A DNA stretch of 46,438 nt, taken from a virus. This document shows positions 44,156 through 46,438 of the stretch, in pieces (within the stretch, counting starts at the first letter, position 1; each line of letters starts with the position of its first letter). The stretch lies in IMG/VR virus record IMGVR_UViG_3300045988_112125; one strand, written 5' to 3'. Both the position numbers and the translations under genes were made by a program. Below the pieces are notes generated by a model. The model did not search any database. It was not told the DNA's origin and worked only from the letters and a program-made list of their open reading frames with translations.

Positions 44156-44821
44156 CTATGCTGTAAGCTGTCTCTGCTCAACTGCATTACGTCCTTCAAC
44201 TACTCCATTATTGTATGCACTTGCACTGTAGCTAGATACCTGAATCCTAGCTGCCCTCTTAACCCATCTGGCTGTCATATCAGTGAACTGCTCTTTAACT
44301 TCTTTGGGTGTTACAATCATAAGGGCTGTACACTGTTTTTCCAGAGCCTCTTCAAGCCCTTTAAGGAAACCAAGAATAAAACTGTTGTATACACCATTTA
44401 CAGTTTTGTACAGCTTCTTAGCTCTTTCCCTCTCCCGGCGCCCTAGTCTGTCACCGATTTTGTAAAGTGTTCCGAAGACCTCAACTGCTACCTTAGCATC
44501 CTGTTCATATCCGAAGAAGTTAATAATATGAGAACCAGTCACATACACTTCACATCTGAAGTTATTGGCTACGATGTGTGCAAGATTGTATTTCCACTTA
44601 TGATTGTCACAGTCATTGATATTACCCTTAAAGTTGAAGCTGGAACTGTTGATTGTAGTACTGTCAAGCTTTTCTCCGAGCTGAGTCTCACTGATATTGT
44701 ACTTTGCCATAAGCTCCTGAGCCTTAAGTGCTGCTGAGAGAGCCTCCTCCTGTGATGGGTTATTCTGTGATAAGGCCATGAGTTTCTTAACTACCTCAAT
44801 CATCTTTTCCTGCTTATTCAT
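44156..44821 (-). CDS. DUF2786-like protein
   Basis: The N-terminus VVKKLMALSQNNPSQEEALSAALKAQELMAKYNI matches the DUF2786 helical motif, from memory. Confidence 0.65.
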   Translation of the reverse strand: MNKQEKMIEVVKKLMALSQNNPSQEEALSAALKAQELMAKYNISETQLGEKLDSTTINSSSFNFKGNINDCDNHKWKYNLAHIVANNFRCEVYVTGSHIINFFGYEQDAKVAVEVFGTLYKIGDRLGRRERERAKKLYKTVNGVYNSFILGFLKGLEEALEKQCTALMIVTPKEVKEQFTDMTARWVKRAARIQVSSYSASAYNNGVVEGRNAVEQRQLTA

Positions 44822-44867
44822 AAGTGTTCTCCTTTCTTACCCGGTTGACTTTCCCAGCCACAGTCTA

Positions 44868-44896
44868 ATTATTACACATTTTTCATGAAAAGTCAA
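44868..44896 (-). promoter_or_regulatory. SigA-type promoter (TTGACT-17-TGtAATAAT)
   Basis: Minus strand reads gtcgaaaatggTTGACT tttcatgaaaaatgtgt AATAAT. Confidence 0.7.
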
Positions 44897-44924
44897 CCAT
44901 TTTCGACAAAAACCCTGAAAAAAT

Positions 44925-45269
44925 TTATACCCTCTTTATACTGTTAGCAAACTTACTATTCTTACAGTTAATCTGCTTCATGTCATCCTTGCTGAAAAGC
45001 AACTCGCCTTTCTTCTTAGTGTCAACGTGGAATACACCGCTATTACCCAGAACTGCTTTGAATGTACCCTGAATCTTCATGCCTGTGAAGGTGTACAGAA
45101 AAACTTCAATCTCCTGTGAGTCTTCCTGAGAAGAAACTTCTCCTGTTACCTTGAAGTATTTCTTGAAAGTAGAAGCTGCATAAGCCTTTCCCTCTACATT
45201 ATACTTGCCGTCCTCTGCTCTTGTAACAATAACCTCTGCACCTGTTTTTCTATTGATAGCCTTAATCAT
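44925..45269 (-). CDS. Hypothetical protein with C-terminal FTGM small domain (114 aa)
   Basis: AAGGAGG RBS. The C-terminus YTFTGMKIQGTF...FSKDDMKQI...KFANSI is paralogous to 35067..35558 and 43324..44142. Confidence 0.6.
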   Translation of the reverse strand: MIKAINRKTGAEVIVTRAEDGKYNVEGKAYAASTFKKYFKVTGEVSSQEDSQEIEVFLYTFTGMKIQGTFKAVLGNSGVFHVDTKKKGELLFSKDDMKQINCKNSKFANSIKRV

Positions 45270-45311
45270 ATCTGAATCCTCCTTATTAATTATCTCCTGT
45301 TGATATTATGA

Positions 45312-45340
45312 ATTATATCACATCTTATCGAAAAAGTCAA
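45312..45340 (-). promoter_or_regulatory. SigA-type promoter (TTGACT-17-TGaTATAAT)
   Basis: Minus strand reads aaaaagtgcTTGACT ttttcgataagatgtga TATAAT. Confidence 0.75.
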
Positions 45341-45473
45341 GCACTTTTTAAAGAAACTATCGAAAATTTTAGAATTAGCACCCTAGTGTGGAAAAACTAT
45401 GGGAAACTGACAGCTTGTCATCATCAGGTAGCAAGTTGTTATCTTACTATGACGGCCCGGAGGCCGTTTCGAC

Positions 45474-45749
45474 TTAGTCAGCAATACTAATAAGGTCTTT
45501 ACGGTACAGGAATACCCTCTGCTTCACTATCTTTACCCTAACTTTGTCCTTAAGCCTGAGTACGTCTATATTAAATATAAGGACAGCTGATAAACTGTTT
45601 GTGTTGTGGTACTCTGGCTCCCACCCGGTTATCTCAGCTACACCATAACCTGAATCCAAGAATTGAAGAATTAACTCCATGTTCTCACCATCTCTTCTTT
45701 TGCTGCGCTTAATCTCATCAATGTGGTCTACTTGAACTAACTTTAACAT
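45474..45749 (-). CDS. Hypothetical protein (91 aa)
   Basis: ORF starting 1 nt after the upstream stop. No family recognised. Confidence 0.55.
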   Translation of the reverse strand: MLKLVQVDHIDEIKRSKRRDGENMELILQFLDSGYGVAEITGWEPEYHNTNSLSAVLIFNIDVLRLKDKVRVKIVKQRVFLYRKDLISIAD

Positions 45750-45750
45750 A

Positions 45751-46323
45751 TTATTTACCCTCCTCTAATAATGTACACTGTGACAGCTCTACATACTGTC
45801 CATCTTCCAGAAGGATACGGTATTCACCTGTAAAGAAGTCTGAAGTAATGATGGTACCCATGTCATGTGTGCTGTCACTTCTTACGGTGACTGATGCACC
45901 CATTATAGAATCTTCATCTGCTGTGCTTACGAAGGTATGCTCTCCTGCCGGTATGTCAATGCCTACACGGTATTCAGCCTCACCATCAGCTACAGGCACC
46001 TTTGTGTCCGGTGTCACTGGGTAGAACTTAGCATCGTCTACGTTAAGGTATGTCCCCTCTTTAAGGGTGAAGAAGTTATTATTATGGAATGTAGAGAAGT
46101 TAAGCTCCTCGGCGTCAGCTGAAATGCCGTCCTTTACGGTGATAACTCCCAGCTCGTCTAGTACTGCATAGAATACATATTCCCCTGCTGGAACGTCTGT
46201 GCCAACCTCGTACTGTCCAGCTGTGTAACCTGTGTCTGTCTGTGTTGGCTCATTGGCCTGTGTGCAGGCTGTTACTGCCAGTGCTATTGCTACTAATGCA
46301 GCTGTTGTGATGTGTTTCTTCAT
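45751..46323 (-). CDS. Lipoprotein with an internal duplication
   Basis: Signal peptide plus lipobox AVTAC. Two repeats contain Y.VG.D.PAGE[YH] (YEVGTDVPAGEY and YRVGIDIPAGEH). GGAAGGGAG RBS. Confidence 0.65.
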   Translation of the reverse strand: MKKHITTAALVAIALAVTACTQANEPTQTDTGYTAGQYEVGTDVPAGEYVFYAVLDELGVITVKDGISADAEELNFSTFHNNNFFTLKEGTYLNVDDAKFYPVTPDTKVPVADGEAEYRVGIDIPAGEHTFVSTADEDSIMGASVTVRSDSTHDMGTIITSDFFTGEYRILLEDGQYVELSQCTLLEEGK

Positions 46324-46383
46324 AATGAAAACTCCCTTCCTATTTTAAAATGTGCGCTGTCCTCTGCATTTACGGGGTTGGAA

Positions 46384-46438
46384 CCGTCTAGCCACTGCGT
46401 CATCATTTATACTGGCTGCCTGCATTACAGCACCCCCA
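46384..46438. repeat. Terminal direct repeat, right copy (identical to 1..55)
   Basis: Read directly from the sequence. Confidence 0.9.

Noticed and set aside
44846-44874. Plus-strand TTGACT-17-ATTATT promoter-like site
   Set aside because: The -10 is poor (3/6), there is no TGn, and no plus-strand gene lies downstream. It overlaps the minus-strand promoter region by chance.
26097-46323. Lysogeny module (integrase, CI/Cro-type repressors, excisionase)
   Set aside because: I looked through all minus-strand products and found no tyrosine or serine recombinase motifs and no obvious HTH repressor. I therefore make no temperate-phage claim. Absence by eye is not proof.
46384-46438. Genuine direct terminal repeat (DTR) of the virion DNA
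   Set aside because: The length is exactly 55 nt, a common assembler k-mer, and nothing else marks a terminus. An assembly overlap on a circular or circularly permuted genome is more likely, though this cannot be excluded without reads.

Overview
The window is a complete tailed dsDNA phage genome. The first 55 nt are identical to the last 55 nt, which looks like an assembler overlap on a circular contig, so the unique length is 46,383 bp. Firmicutes-type signals run throughout: GGAGG-type RBSs, TTGACT-17-TGnTATAAT promoters, and Spo0A_C-, YdbC- and DUF6440-like genes. The plus-strand late arm (2862-26062) carries terS, terL, a holin/endolysin cassette in an unusual position, portal, head genes, a siphovirus-type tail (major tail, chaperone, tape measure, Dit, Tal-like) and fibres. 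The minus-strand early/middle arm runs 46323 down to 26097 and continues across the junction from 1884 down to 66. It carries PolA, primase-helicase, SNF2 plus VRR-NUC, a Sak4/DUF669/Cas4-like recombination set, nucleotide metabolism genes, one tRNA and many small unknown ORFs. I recognised no integrase or repressor. The main items for a second look are: (1) a T4 gp42-like dCMP-specific ThyA-family enzyme with a dNMP kinase and a GT-A glycosyltransferase, plus MazG, dCMP deaminase and HD genes, which together predict cytosine hypermodification of the DNA; (2) a ~300-nt ORF-free, hairpin-rich transcript between a consensus promoter and the tRNA; (3) a ~540-bp array of AAATCG-core iterons in the divergent early/late intergenic region; (4) two candidate recoding sites, in the tail chaperone (+1/-2) and the large fibre (-1); (5) a stand-alone Spo0A DNA-binding domain; (6) a three-member paralogous small-domain family and polyampholyte K/E/D tails. 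Every family assignment comes from motif recognition by eye. No database search was run.
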